Below the pieces are notes generated by a model. The model had not been told where the DNA came from. It was given only the letters and a program-made list of their open reading frames with translations, and ran no database searches. From the IMG/VR virus record IMGVR_UViG_2909288124_000006: a stretch of 34,666 nt of DNA, one strand, 5' to 3'. Positions 1 through 9,130 of the stretch are shown piece after piece. The translations under genes and the position numbers were made by a program. The stretch is from a virus. Its lineage: Duplodnaviria > Heunggongvirae > Uroviricota > Caudoviricetes. Positions within the stretch are counted from its first letter, which is position 1; each line of letters opens with the position of its first letter.

Positions 1-243
1 ATGTATACCTATAAAATGATTCAGGTGCCGCCTAATATTTCTGTAAAAGCCAAGGATAATAAGTCTGGCGTAGCTGCTGCATATCTTCAGGGGGTGGTCA
101 ATGAGCAGGCTGCTGAAGGTTGGGAGTTTCAGCGAGTTGATACCATTGGTATTGAAGAGCAGCCAGGATGTTTCAATGGCGGAAAGGCACAGGTTTTCCA
201 GTACTATGTGATTACTTTTCGAAAAAAAGTGCCAGATGCTTAA
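1..243 (+). CDS. Hypothetical small protein, DUF4177-like (host flank); ATG at window position 1, may be N-terminally truncated by the window
   Basis: 80-aa ORF from track; stop overlaps next gene start; family assignment from memory only. Confidence 0.4.
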   Translation: MYTYKMIQVPPNISVKAKDNKSGVAAAYLQGVVNEQAAEGWEFQRVDTIGIEEQPGCFNGGKAQVFQYYVITFRKKVPDA

Positions 244-469
244 ATGGGTTAGTATTCGCCTGATTCTTTATTATCGCGCCCATGCGCCAGCAAGCATTCG
301 TAACAGATGTCGTTATACTCCAAGCTGCTCGGCTTATACCTTGATTGCAATAAGGCGCTTTGGTTTTTTTGAAGGGTGGCGATTAGGCTTGAACCGGATT
401 TATCGCTGTCGTCCGCCTAATGGTGGTGCTGATTATCCCCCGCATATTTGTAAATGTCGCAAATCGTGA
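236..469 (+). CDS. YidD-family protein (membrane protein insertion efficiency factor-like; Cys-rich 'TPSCSAY' core)
   Basis: 77-aa ORF; sequence resembles YidD/hemolytic-domain family; followed by terminator. Confidence 0.6.
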   Translation: MLKWVSIRLILYYRAHAPASIRNRCRYTPSCSAYTLIAIRRFGFFEGWRLGLNRIYRCRPPNGGADYPPHICKCRKS

Positions 470-486
470 GTGCGCAGGAAAAAGAA

Positions 487-519
487 AACCCGCAGTTTTT
501 ACGCTGCGGGTTTGTTGTT
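487..519 (+). terminator. Rho-independent terminator (stem cccgcag/ctgcggg followed by T-rich run)
   Basis: Hairpin plus tttgttgtt directly after yidD-like stop. Confidence 0.55.
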
Positions 520-930
520 CATGTCTGAGAGATAGGGTGCCACTTCAGCCAACCTTAGCAACCGATTGACGGGGGATTGCTCCCCCGTCGCGGTTTCCTT
601 ACTGCTTACACTGTAAGAACGCCGCAAACTCCGCTCCCCAGAAGCTCATCCGTATTTCACACAGCGAACCGTGCAGCATCCAGATGATGAGGATTACCGT
701 CACGCAGAACGTGATGGCCGTAAGCGATTTTTGCGACATGGCGCTTGCTCCTTTGTTGGAGAGGCGCTAACCTATCACTTGCTTAAGGTAGATATGTTAG
801 GGCCTCGGTTAAACAGAAATGTTTTCCGGGGCCTTTCCACATCTGGCCTTCGGGTATTCCCTCCGACCATCAGCCGAAAGGCACCCGCGCGTAATCTATC
901 GCTTTTTTGTTACTCCGGCAATTCTGCCTG

Positions 931-1191
931 TTAATTCTGAGGTAAAGGCAAACTCATCTGATTGTTTCCCCTGTGTGAAGCTGGCAGATCATGCCACGGG
1001 ATACCTTCTGAAGAGTGAACGCCGGAGGCGTGTTTCGATGTGAATTTATGGAAAGCTTCCAGTGTTGAGAAGCATACGCCGCATTCCAGGTTGTTACACT
1101 GGTAATACTTTTGCCGCACGGTGTTTGAATCATTTTCCGGACGACTGGTGCGGATACGGGCAGATGCGCCACAAAGCGGACAACGGAACAT
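931..1191 (-). CDS. ogr: Ogr/Delta-type zinc-finger late transcription activator
   Basis: MFRCPLCG...Cys4 pattern typical of P2 Ogr; strong SD (AAGGGAGG) upstream of ATG at 1191. Confidence 0.85.
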   Translation of the reverse strand: MFRCPLCGASARIRTSRPENDSNTVRQKYYQCNNLECGVCFSTLEAFHKFTSKHASGVHSSEGIPWHDLPASHRGNNQMSLPLPQN

Positions 1192-1233
1192 AGCGACCTC
1201 CCTTAACGTGGTGCTGCCGCTATTCTAAGTTGC

Positions 1234-2334
1234 TCACTCTGTTTCCGCTATCCATTCCGGGATTTTTGCCTCAAGCTCAAGCTGCGTGGTAAAGCCGCTG
1301 TTATCAATGGTGTGCTCGGCTTTTGCAATGATCCAGTCCTGATTATCAATCTCGCTTTTAAATCCTGTTACCGTACCATGCATTTCGGGGTAGAGTTCTG
1401 CACGTCCACGCGCCAGCGTGATGGAGAATGATGCGGCTCCGCGTTGTAGTTGCTGCCACTTTGCCGCCGCTGCGCGTCTTGCTGCCTGTTCGTTCTGATA
1501 GGTCTTGCGTAACACAAACACATTGCCTTCCGCGCCTTCCATATAATCACCTTCACGGCTGCTGCTTTTCTCTTTTTTCGGTTTGCGGCGTTTCACGCTG
1601 ACTTTTTTCTTTTTCCCGTAATTAAGATCAAGCCAGTAAGCGCGTACCCCCGTATACGCTTCGCGGTCAGCAATGCGGAACTGATGGCGATCGCCGCTGC
1701 TGCGTGTAATGGCGAACGAGGGCAACGGCTGGCCCTGTGCGTTCACGCCACCACCTGGCATGATGAATAACAGATTGCCGCTTTTTACCGTGGTGATTGC
1801 GCCCAGCATTTCCGCCATGCGCGTAAGGAAGGACATGTCGCTTTCTTCGGTCTGGTCGGCGTGGTCGATTTCGATATCCATCAGCATTTCGCTGATTTGC
1901 GGTTTCAGACCATACCGATGAGCGATGGCGGATACCACACGCTCAACGGTCACATCATGCCAGGACACCTCGCGTTTAACGTTAAATTCATCCCGAAAAT
2001 CTGCGCTTCTGGCTGAAACAGTCAGCCTGTCCGGCGGTCCTTCGTGAGCGATTTCATCAACAATGTAAGTGCCTTTTTCTGTCAGCGGTTCCCCTTTCCA
2101 GCCAATGAGAACCGTCAGACGCGCGCCCCGTGGCGGTAGCTGCAACTGGCCATCGGCATCATCCAGCGTGATGGTGAGCTGGTCCGCCTCAAATCCCCGG
2201 TTGTCGGTCAGTGACAGGCTCATCAGGCGTTCTGCCACGCCGGACAGCGTTTTACCCTCGGCGAGAATATCAAAATCCGGCATTTTCACGGGGTCTGTGC
2301 CCTGACTGAGCAATTGCATGGTGGTGTCGGTCAT
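1234..2334 (-). CDS. D: Tail protein D (late control gene D family)
   Basis: Phage_GPD-like sequence; start set at internal ATG 2334 (MTDTTMQLL) with SD GGGAGGGAAG; the ORF-track N-terminal extension to 2466 was not used. Confidence 0.85.
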   Translation of the reverse strand: MTDTTMQLLSQGTDPVKMPDFDILAEGKTLSGVAERLMSLSLTDNRGFEADQLTITLDDADGQLQLPPRGARLTVLIGWKGEPLTEKGTYIVDEIAHEGPPDRLTVSARSADFRDEFNVKREVSWHDVTVERVVSAIAHRYGLKPQISEMLMDIEIDHADQTEESDMSFLTRMAEMLGAITTVKSGNLLFIMPGGGVNAQGQPLPSFAITRSSGDRHQFRIADREAYTGVRAYWLDLNYGKKKKVSVKRRKPKKEKSSSREGDYMEGAEGNVFVLRKTYQNEQAARRAAAAKWQQLQRGAASFSITLARGRAELYPEMHGTVTGFKSEIDNQDWIIAKAEHTIDNSGFTTQLELEAKIPEWIAETE

Positions 2335-2491
2335 CTCTTCCCTCCCTGTGCGGCATGGTCGCATGTGCGTGCGGAGGGGGTTACTGCTTTTTGTTGTCGC
2401 CGTGGCGGGAGAATAGCGCAGGGGTGAGATTACGCGCGTGGTGGGTGATGATTGTTGCTGAATCATTTAACGGATACAAGGGGCTGAAGTT

Positions 2492-3676
2492 ATGAGTGAA
2501 ACTCGTTTTCATGGTGCCCGTGTTACGGAAAATACCGACCTGGTAACAGCGATTAACGATGTTGATTCCAGCGTTATCGGTATCGTGGCAACGGCGGATG
2601 ATGCGGACGCGAAGCTGTTCCCGCTGAACAAGCCCACACTGCTGACCCGCGTCAATGACGTGCTGGGAAAATGCGGGACAACGGGGACGCTTTATCGTGC
2701 GCTTAAGGCCATCGCAGACCAGGTGAGCACAAAGGTGATCGTCGTTCGCGTGGCTGAACACAAAGAAGAAGACGGAAAGACGCAGGATCAACTGGTTATC
2801 GGCGGTTCTGAGGATGACGGCAGCTATACGGGGATGTATGCGCTGCTTGTTGCAGAGCAGGATGAAAGCATCGGATACCGTCCGCGTATTCTGGCAGCGC
2901 CGGAGCTGGACACGGAGGCTGTAACAAAATCCCTGTGCGTGATTGCGGGTAAACTGCGCGCGTTTGTGTATGCCTCATGTCATGGCTGTAACACGATGGC
3001 TGAGGCAATTACCTACCGCCAGAAATTCAACGAACGTGAGGTGATGCTCTTATGGCCGGACTTCATCGCCTACAACCCGAAAAGTGGCAAAAACGAAACG
3101 TTCCCCGCGCCTGCCTATGCGTGCGGCCTTCGTGCGTACATTGACCATGAGCAGGGATGGCACAAATCACTGTCCAACGTTCCGGTTAAAAATGTGCTGG
3201 GGATGTCGAGGCATGTGTTCTGGTCGTTGCAGGCCGAAGACAGCGATGCCAACAGCCTCAACAACAAAGAAATCACGACCATTATTCGTCGCAACGGGTT
3301 CCGCTTCTGGGGCAACCGCACACCGGAAACGAACGCCTACATCTTTGAGGTGTATACCCGAACCGCACAGGTGCTGGCTGATTCAATTGCGGAAGCGCAG
3401 TTTGAAACCATCGACAGTCCACTGACGCCTGCGAACGTGAAGGATGTTATCAGCGCCATCAGGGCAAAACTGGATTCGCTGGTTACTGCCGGGAAACTGA
3501 TTGGCGCGGAGTGCTGGTATGACGTGGTGGATAACGGCACCACGGATTTACGTCAGGGGCGTGTGCGTATTCGCTACAAATATACGCCCGTTCCCCCGCT
3601 GGAAGACATGGAGCTTTACCAGACGTTTACTGATGAATTCTTTGGTCCCGCATTTGCGGTGCTGGGAGGTGCCTGA
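2492..3676 (+). CDS. FI: Contractile tail sheath protein FI
   Basis: 394 aa, strong resemblance to P2 gpFI (e.g. LIRRNGFRFWGNRT, YTPVPPLE). Confidence 0.92.
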   Translation: MSETRFHGARVTENTDLVTAINDVDSSVIGIVATADDADAKLFPLNKPTLLTRVNDVLGKCGTTGTLYRALKAIADQVSTKVIVVRVAEHKEEDGKTQDQLVIGGSEDDGSYTGMYALLVAEQDESIGYRPRILAAPELDTEAVTKSLCVIAGKLRAFVYASCHGCNTMAEAITYRQKFNEREVMLLWPDFIAYNPKSGKNETFPAPAYACGLRAYIDHEQGWHKSLSNVPVKNVLGMSRHVFWSLQAEDSDANSLNNKEITTIIRRNGFRFWGNRTPETNAYIFEVYTRTAQVLADSIAEAQFETIDSPLTPANVKDVISAIRAKLDSLVTAGKLIGAECWYDVVDNGTTDLRQGRVRIRYKYTPVPPLEDMELYQTFTDEFFGPAFAVLGGA

Positions 3677-4188
3677 TGGCTGTACCAAAACATCTTCGCT
3701 TTTTTACGTTGTTTGTGGATGGTGAAAACGAAGTGGGTAAAGTGACATCCGTCACGCCGCCCAAACTGACGCGCAAAACCGACAGTTATCGTGGTGGTGG
3801 CATGATGGGGGCGGTAAGTATTGATCTCGGTCTGGACGACTCCGCGCTTGATGCGAGCTTTGTCATGGGGGGAGCTGTTCGTGCACTGTTCCTTAAGTAT
3901 GGCGGCACGATTGACGGCACGCTGCTGCGTTTTGCGGGTGAATATTACACCGATGCAGAAAGCGATCTGTATGAAATCGAGATGCGCGGGCGTGTGACGG
4001 AAATTGATATGGGGGAGGCCAAACAGGGCGAAGCCACATCACACACATACGCTGTCAAAAACACCTACTACAAGCTGAGTGTTAACGATCGCCCGCTGTG
4101 GGAAATCGACCTGTTGAACCACATCTACCGGAAGGACGGCAAGGACATTGTGCCTGACCGCATTCGCTCCGCGCTTGGGCTTGGCTGA
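3676..4188 (+). CDS. FII: Tail tube protein FII
   Basis: 170 aa, resembles P2 gpFII; start overlaps FI stop. Confidence 0.9.
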   Translation: MAVPKHLRFFTLFVDGENEVGKVTSVTPPKLTRKTDSYRGGGMMGAVSIDLGLDDSALDASFVMGGAVRALFLKYGGTIDGTLLRFAGEYYTDAESDLYEIEMRGRVTEIDMGEAKQGEATSHTYAVKNTYYKLSVNDRPLWEIDLLNHIYRKDGKDIVPDRIRSALGLG

Positions 4189-4243
4189 TAAGTAATATGC
4201 AGGCGACGCAGTGCGTCGCCTCTGACTGAAAAGGAGACAACTG

Positions 4244-4618
4244 ATGAAAGACATCGATACTGAAACCCGGAATAACACCGTAGCGGATGATGTGACGGCA
4301 GGTGAGGATATGGCTGTCGAACGTGGTGTAAAACTTTCCCGGCCAATTGAGCGTGGTGCCGAAAAAATCACATATGTGGAAATCACCGGGGCTATTGAGC
4401 AGGCGGGATCCCTGCGTGGTCTGTCGCTGTCTGATGTGCTGAATCTGAAAGCGGATACCATGTTCACGCTGTTGCCTCGCGTGACCTCGCCACGACTGGA
4501 TGAAGTGATGATTAAAAAAATGTCGTCACGCGATTTTATTCAGTTGTGCGCTGTGGCTGTAAATTTTATGAGCGAGCCAGACTCTGGCGCGAAGAGCGTG
4601 CAGGAGACGGCAGCGTAA
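4244..4618 (+). CDS. E: Tail assembly chaperone E (zero-frame product)
   Basis: Position between tube and tape measure; A7 run at 4514-4520 in frame; the -1 frame is open from 4516 to 4782. Confidence 0.7.
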   Translation: MKDIDTETRNNTVADDVTAGEDMAVERGVKLSRPIERGAEKITYVEITGAIEQAGSLRGLSLSDVLNLKADTMFTLLPRVTSPRLDEVMIKKMSSRDFIQLCAVAVNFMSEPDSGAKSVQETAA

Positions 4619-4782
4619 TCACCCTGGTGTGCTTTGAGCACATCGAAGATCTGGTGGCGGATATTGCCGCCATTTTTAACTGGTCGCCCGCCGAAATCTT
4701 CATGATGACGCCCGGCGAAGTGGTTAGCTGGCGTGAGCGGGCGGCACTTCGCAGCGGGAATGCAGATAATGAAGACTCTTGA
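4244..4782 (+). CDS. E': Tail assembly chaperone E+E' (predicted programmed -1 frameshift product, shift near 4514-4520)
   Basis: Conserved E/E' arrangement upstream of tape measure; -1 frame ORF 4516-4782 overlaps T start; the frameshift itself is an inference. Confidence 0.5.
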
Positions 4783-7576
4783 CATCCGGGTCGCTTTCAG
4801 CGCCGTTGACAGGCTGACCCGGCCTGCCGAAAACGCCCGCCGCCTGATGGGGCAGTTTGGTGACTCCATCCAGCGAACGCAGGGGGCGATCAAAAATCTC
4901 GAGCGTCAGGCGCGTTCATTTGAGCGCGCCCGCGACGCTGTCAGTAAAGCGGATGCGGGTATCGTGAAAGCACGACGCCAGCTTAACGCCCTTAATCAGT
5001 TACAACGCACGGGTACAGTGCTCAGCGAAAAACAACAAAAGCTGATGCAGCAGTTAAGCACCCGGCTTGAACGCCTGAATGAATCGCGCACACGGGAAAT
5101 TCAGAAAATGCGGGAGCTTGGCGGAGAGCTGAAACGCCACGGCATTTCCCTGACAGGCAGCGATAACACCATCCAGCAGGCCATCAGACGCACCGAACAG
5201 TACAACAACCAGCTTGAACGCGAACGGCAGGCGCTTGCGCGTGTAACGCGGGCGCGTGAGCGGTATTCGCGCGCGCAGGAAACAGCGGGAAAACTGAAAA
5301 CAGGTGGTGCGCTGGCAATTGGTGCGGCAGCGGCGGGCGGCTATGCTGCCGGGCGTTTTTTGCAGCCTGCGATCGGGTTCGGGAAAGAGATGTCCCGCGT
5401 TCAGGCACTGACGCGAATCGACAAAAACAGCCCGCAGTTTAAGGCGCTGCGTGAGCAGGCGTTAAAACTTGGCTCTGAAACGCAGTTCACCGCAGGCGAT
5501 GCCGCCAGTGGGCAGGCATTTCTTGCAATGGCTGGCTTCACACCACAGGCCATTCAGGCTGCGCTCCCTGGCGTACTGAGCATGGCAACGGCTGGCGGTA
5601 TGGACCTCGGTGAGACGGCGGATATTGGCTCAAATATTCTGACGCAGTTCGGTCTTTCTGCTGACCAGATGGACCGGGTCGGCGACACACTCACCGCAGC
5701 GTTTACCCGTACCAACACTGACCTTCGCGCACTGGGTGAAACCATGAAATATGCAGGTCCGGTGGCGGGTAAGCTGGGAATATCGCTGGAGCAGGCCGCA
5801 GCGATGGCGGGCGTGCTGGCGAATATGGGTATCAGGGGGAGTGATGCTGGTACGGCAATGCGTGCCAGCCTGGCTCGTCTGGCATCACCGCCAAAGGCGG
5901 CAGCAGAGGCGCTGAAAGAGCTTGGCGTGTCTGTCTCGGATGCCGGGGGCAAAATGCGCCCGATGGAGGATGTGCTGGCTGACCTTTATAAAGCTACCCG
6001 CAAATACGGGGAAGTTGACCGGGTATCGTTCTTTAAGGACATTGCCGGAGAAGAGGCTTTCACATCATTTATGGCCCTCGTTGATGCGGCAGGTGACGGC
6101 TCCTTACCCAAACTGAGAAAAGAACTTGAAGGCGCGCGCGGTGAGGCTGAACGCACGGCAAAGGTTATGGCCAACAACCTTGACGGCGATTTGAAATCAC
6201 TCAGCAGTGCATGGGAAGGGTTGCGCATCCGCATTGCAGATCTGATTGACGGTCCGCTGCGTTCTGTCACGCAGTGGCTCACGCGTGTGGTATCAAAGGT
6301 GACGGCGCTGGCGCAGGCCCATCCCGCACTGACGCGCCAGCTACTGATTGCAGGCGGTGCACTGCTGGCAATGACTGCAACGGTTGGCTCGTTGTCGCTG
6401 GCTATTGGTGTGCTTGCTGGCCCGCTGGCAAAACTGCGTCTTGGTTTTTCCCTCCTGACCGGATCAATGAATGCTGTCAGGGTTCTGCCAGCACTATGGG
6501 GAATGGTGACGGGTTCCGTTTCTTTACTGGGAGGCGCTATCGGGGCGTTGTTCAGTCCGGTTGGTCTTATCGTGGCTGCGCTTGCCGGAGCTGCCGTTCT
6601 TATCTGGAAATACTGGGATCCCATCAGGGCATTTTTTGCCGGGGTGTTCAGCGGGATTATGGAAAGGCTGACCCCGTTGCGCGAAACCTTTGAACGGTTT
6701 GGTCCTGTTTTTGACGCAATCGGAAGCGGGATCAGCCAGGTGTTTAACTGGTTTAAATCGCTGCTGTCACCGATGGAGTCCAGCAAGGAAACGCTGGATA
6801 AATGTACCAGTGCTGGCGAGATATTCGGTAACGTTCTTGGTGGCGCGCTACAGCTTGTTCTGACGCCTGCAAAAATGTTGCTGGATACGCTGGCGTGGAT
6901 ACTTGAAAAACTCGGTGTGCTTCCGGATGAAGCGGAAAGGGCGAGAAAGAAAATCGAAGACGCACAGCGTGCGGCCATTCTTCAGGACAAGGTTGCTCTG
7001 TTTCAGGGAGACATTGCGAAAATCAATCCGCCGAAGTCTGCGGAAAATGGCAATGGCACCGGAGGCGATAAACCCAAAGACAACAAACCGCTCACAGACA
7101 GCAATACCGGCACGCTACGCAGACTCAGCAAAATTGCTGATAACACAGGTAAGCTGGTTGATGAGACAAAAAAACGTATTGGCCCCGGCGATATTGTCTT
7201 TAAGAACCTGCCCCGCGCACTTGCTGTTCGTGGGGAGTGGCAGGAGCGGAAGATTGCGCAGGTCAGTAAGCCTGCCCCCGCAATTAATATCACATCCGTA
7301 GTCCCGGCTCCGCTGCCTCCGGCGCTGGTCCCTGTTGTTGCGGCCAGCTCCCGCCCGGTGGCGGAGGCCATACGATCGCCAGTGGCATCAGTTCCTGCAA
7401 CTTCCCGTAACCGGGAGCCTGCTGTCTCCGGATTTGGTGGTGAAATTCATGTTCATCTGCATAACGTTGTTACGCAGAATCCCCGCGAACTGGCGAAACT
7501 GGTCGGTGAAATGGTCAGGGCAGAAATGGAACGGCGCGCCCGTGCCGGGCGTGGCAGTTTTTACGATAAAGATTGA
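4760..7576 (+). CDS. T: Tail tape measure protein T
   Basis: About 940-aa ORF with coiled-coil N-terminus and Gly/Ala-rich hydrophobic middle typical of tape measure; start uncertain (GTG 4733, ATG 4760 or ATG 4769). Confidence 0.85.
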   Translation: MQIMKTLDIRVAFSAVDRLTRPAENARRLMGQFGDSIQRTQGAIKNLERQARSFERARDAVSKADAGIVKARRQLNALNQLQRTGTVLSEKQQKLMQQLSTRLERLNESRTREIQKMRELGGELKRHGISLTGSDNTIQQAIRRTEQYNNQLERERQALARVTRARERYSRAQETAGKLKTGGALAIGAAAAGGYAAGRFLQPAIGFGKEMSRVQALTRIDKNSPQFKALREQALKLGSETQFTAGDAASGQAFLAMAGFTPQAIQAALPGVLSMATAGGMDLGETADIGSNILTQFGLSADQMDRVGDTLTAAFTRTNTDLRALGETMKYAGPVAGKLGISLEQAAAMAGVLANMGIRGSDAGTAMRASLARLASPPKAAAEALKELGVSVSDAGGKMRPMEDVLADLYKATRKYGEVDRVSFFKDIAGEEAFTSFMALVDAAGDGSLPKLRKELEGARGEAERTAKVMANNLDGDLKSLSSAWEGLRIRIADLIDGPLRSVTQWLTRVVSKVTALAQAHPALTRQLLIAGGALLAMTATVGSLSLAIGVLAGPLAKLRLGFSLLTGSMNAVRVLPALWGMVTGSVSLLGGAIGALFSPVGLIVAALAGAAVLIWKYWDPIRAFFAGVFSGIMERLTPLRETFERFGPVFDAIGSGISQVFNWFKSLLSPMESSKETLDKCTSAGEIFGNVLGGALQLVLTPAKMLLDTLAWILEKLGVLPDEAERARKKIEDAQRAAILQDKVALFQGDIAKINPPKSAENGNGTGGDKPKDNKPLTDSNTGTLRRLSKIADNTGKLVDETKKRIGPGDIVFKNLPRALAVRGEWQERKIAQVSKPAPAINITSVVPAPLPPALVPVVAASSRPVAEAIRSPVASVPATSRNREPAVSGFGGEIHVHLHNVVTQNPRELAKLVGEMVRAEMERRARAGRGSFYDKD

Positions 7577-7582
7577 GGAGTC

Positions 7583-8077
7583 ATGGCCATGATGATGATC
7601 TACGGCATGTTTGTTTTTGAGCTGCGCACGCTGCCGCATCAGCAGTTACAGCAAAACAAAAGCTGGCGGCATGTGAAAAATGAACGCGTTAACCGTTCAG
7701 CAAGCTGGCAGTATATCGGTGCAGGTGATGATCGCATCGTTCTTTCTGGTGTGCTTTATCCTGAAATTACAGGTGGCGAAGTGTCGCTGTCGCTGCTGAC
7801 CACGCAGGCGTATACAGGACGACCCTGGCCTCTGATTGATGGCGTCGGGCAGATTTACGGCATGTATGTCCTGACCGGAACGAATACGACCCGTTCCGAG
7901 TTTGATCGCTACGGTAAGGCGAAAAAGATAGAATTTTCACTGACCCTTGAACGCTGTGATGAGGATTTGCGGGAGCGCCTGCAATCCTCATCGTTCAGTG
8001 ATATGCTGTCCGGCTTCAAAGATAAGGTCACATCATCCCTTAACAGCGCGGCCAGCTCCGTTAAAGGGCTGTTTTGA
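7583..8077 (+). CDS. U: Tail protein U
   Basis: 164 aa resembling P2 gpU; SD GAGGAG upstream. Confidence 0.85.
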   Translation: MAMMMIYGMFVFELRTLPHQQLQQNKSWRHVKNERVNRSASWQYIGAGDDRIVLSGVLYPEITGGEVSLSLLTTQAYTGRPWPLIDGVGQIYGMYVLTGTNTTRSEFDRYGKAKKIEFSLTLERCDEDLRERLQSSSFSDMLSGFKDKVTSSLNSAASSVKGLF

Positions 8078-8103
8078 TTAACGCAAAACCGCTAATGGTC
8101 AGA
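8078..8103. terminator. Hairpin between convergent U and invertase genes (aaaaccgctaat...attagcggtttt), likely bidirectional terminator
   Basis: Perfect 12-bp inverted repeat flanked by A-run and T-run. Confidence 0.5.
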
Positions 8104-8703
8104 TTAGCGGTTTTCATTTTCCTGAGTCTGCCTGGTTGTTTCTTCAGCCTGTATATCGCCTACAGGGTGATAACGATAAATCGTCGATATGCCGATGTCG
8201 TAAATGATCGCCAGTTGTTTCCTGTCATGACCGTTTTTAATCAGCCTCGCTATTTGCTCGTGTTGTTCTTTTGTCAACTTCGGGCGACGTCCGCCAATGC
8301 GTCCTTGTTCGCGTGCTGCTGCCAGCCCGGCCAGTGTACGCTCTACAATTAATTCACGTTCCATTTCGGCTAAAGCCCCCATGACGTGAAAAAAGAAACG
8401 CCCCATGGGTGTTGATGTGTCAATGCTGTCCGTCAGACTACGGAAATTAACACCTTTTTCCCGCAATTCCTCAATAAGCGTGATCAGGTGTTTCATACTT
8501 CTGCCCAGTCTGTCCAGCTTCCAGACAACCAGCGTATCTCCTTCTGATAGCGTTCTGAGCAGTTTTTTCAATCCCGGTCTGGCTGATTTCGTTCCGCTGA
8601 TTTTATCTTCAAAAATCAGTTCACATCCTGCGCAGTTCAGTGCATTGCGTTGTAAATCCGTGTTCTGGTCATTTGTTGACACACGAATATAGCCAATTTG
8701 CAT
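8104..8703 (-). CDS. Serine DNA invertase, Hin/Gin/Cin/Pin family
   Basis: MQIGYIRVSTNDQ...GRFFFHVMGALAEMERELIVERT; start set at ATG 8703 with SD AGAGGA; ORF-track upstream extension rejected. Confidence 0.9.
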   Translation of the reverse strand: MQIGYIRVSTNDQNTDLQRNALNCAGCELIFEDKISGTKSARPGLKKLLRTLSEGDTLVVWKLDRLGRSMKHLITLIEELREKGVNFRSLTDSIDTSTPMGRFFFHVMGALAEMERELIVERTLAGLAAAREQGRIGGRRPKLTKEQHEQIARLIKNGHDRKQLAIIYDIGISTIYRYHPVGDIQAEETTRQTQENENR

Positions 8704-8757
8704 AAAAAACATCCTCTTTGTTTCGTGAAAAATACATAGTTGGTATAGGTAGGGATA

Positions 8758-8789
8758 AAAACGAAAACGTTGGTTTAGGAGAAGCGGCG
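8758..8789. other. gix/hix-like recombination site 1 (core ttggtttaggagaa at 8770-8783)
   Basis: 13/14 inverted match to 10655-10668; resembles Gin/Hin crossover site consensus (from memory). Confidence 0.55.
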
Positions 8790-9128
8790 AAAAGGGATGT
8801 GGGCACAGGAGATAATCAGATACCGGATATGGGAGCATTCGCTTCTGGTTCGGGATGGTTCAGGCTACCAGGTGGATATATTGTTCAGTTTGGCACTTTT
8901 GCAGGAAACACGACCCGCTTTATCAGTGGACACTTCCCTATACCATTCCCTAATCAGCCGATGGTTTCAGTCAGTGTTATGTCTGATGCCGTTCAGTCAG
9001 ACCCGTCGAATCCTGCCCCGCAGGTTTTGTCTGTAAATTTTGAACATATCAGTAATTCAGCGTGGCGTGTGGCAACCAGTGATATCTCACAGCAATACAG
9101 ATTCAGTTATATTTCGATAGGACGGTAG
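8784..9128 (+). other. Promoterless alternative tail-fibre C-terminal cassette (H' variable part), currently in the silent orientation
   Basis: Open frame through gix site encoding ...NVGLGE-AAKRDVG...; H encodes ...YLGLGE-GAPAIG... at the other site; followed by its own tfa gene. Confidence 0.55.
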
Positions 9129-9130
9129 AA

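Noticed and set aside
520-930. tRNA or tmRNA as integration target
   Set aside because: No cloverleaf-compatible sequence or tRNA 3' end recognised by eye; needs a tRNA scan to exclude.
671-934. 87-aa ORF in the junction region
   Set aside because: No ribosome-binding site, low-complexity translation, lies in the probable attachment region.
2335-2466. ORF-track N-terminal extensions (gpD here; also invertase, I, lysB, O, X, C and int)
   Set aside because: Internal starts have Shine-Dalgarno sequences and give lengths matching the protein families; the extensions run into intergenic or neighbouring-gene sequence.
2335-2491. gix-like site that would let the invertase flip the FI-U block
   Set aside because: No ttggttt/aaacc-type core found in this spacer.
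2381-2791. 136-aa ORF on the minus strand
   Set aside because: Overlaps the D/FI spacer and the sheath gene antisense; no start signal.
5986-6978. 330-aa ORF on the minus strand
   Set aside because: Antisense to the tape measure gene; Ser/Ala/Pro-rich low-complexity translation.
8718-8769. N-terminal part of the plus-strand ORF 8718-9128 (MFREKYIVGIGRDKNENV)
   Set aside because: Begins at a non-ATG codon between the invertase start and the recombination site; only the part inside the invertible segment is a plausible fibre cassette.
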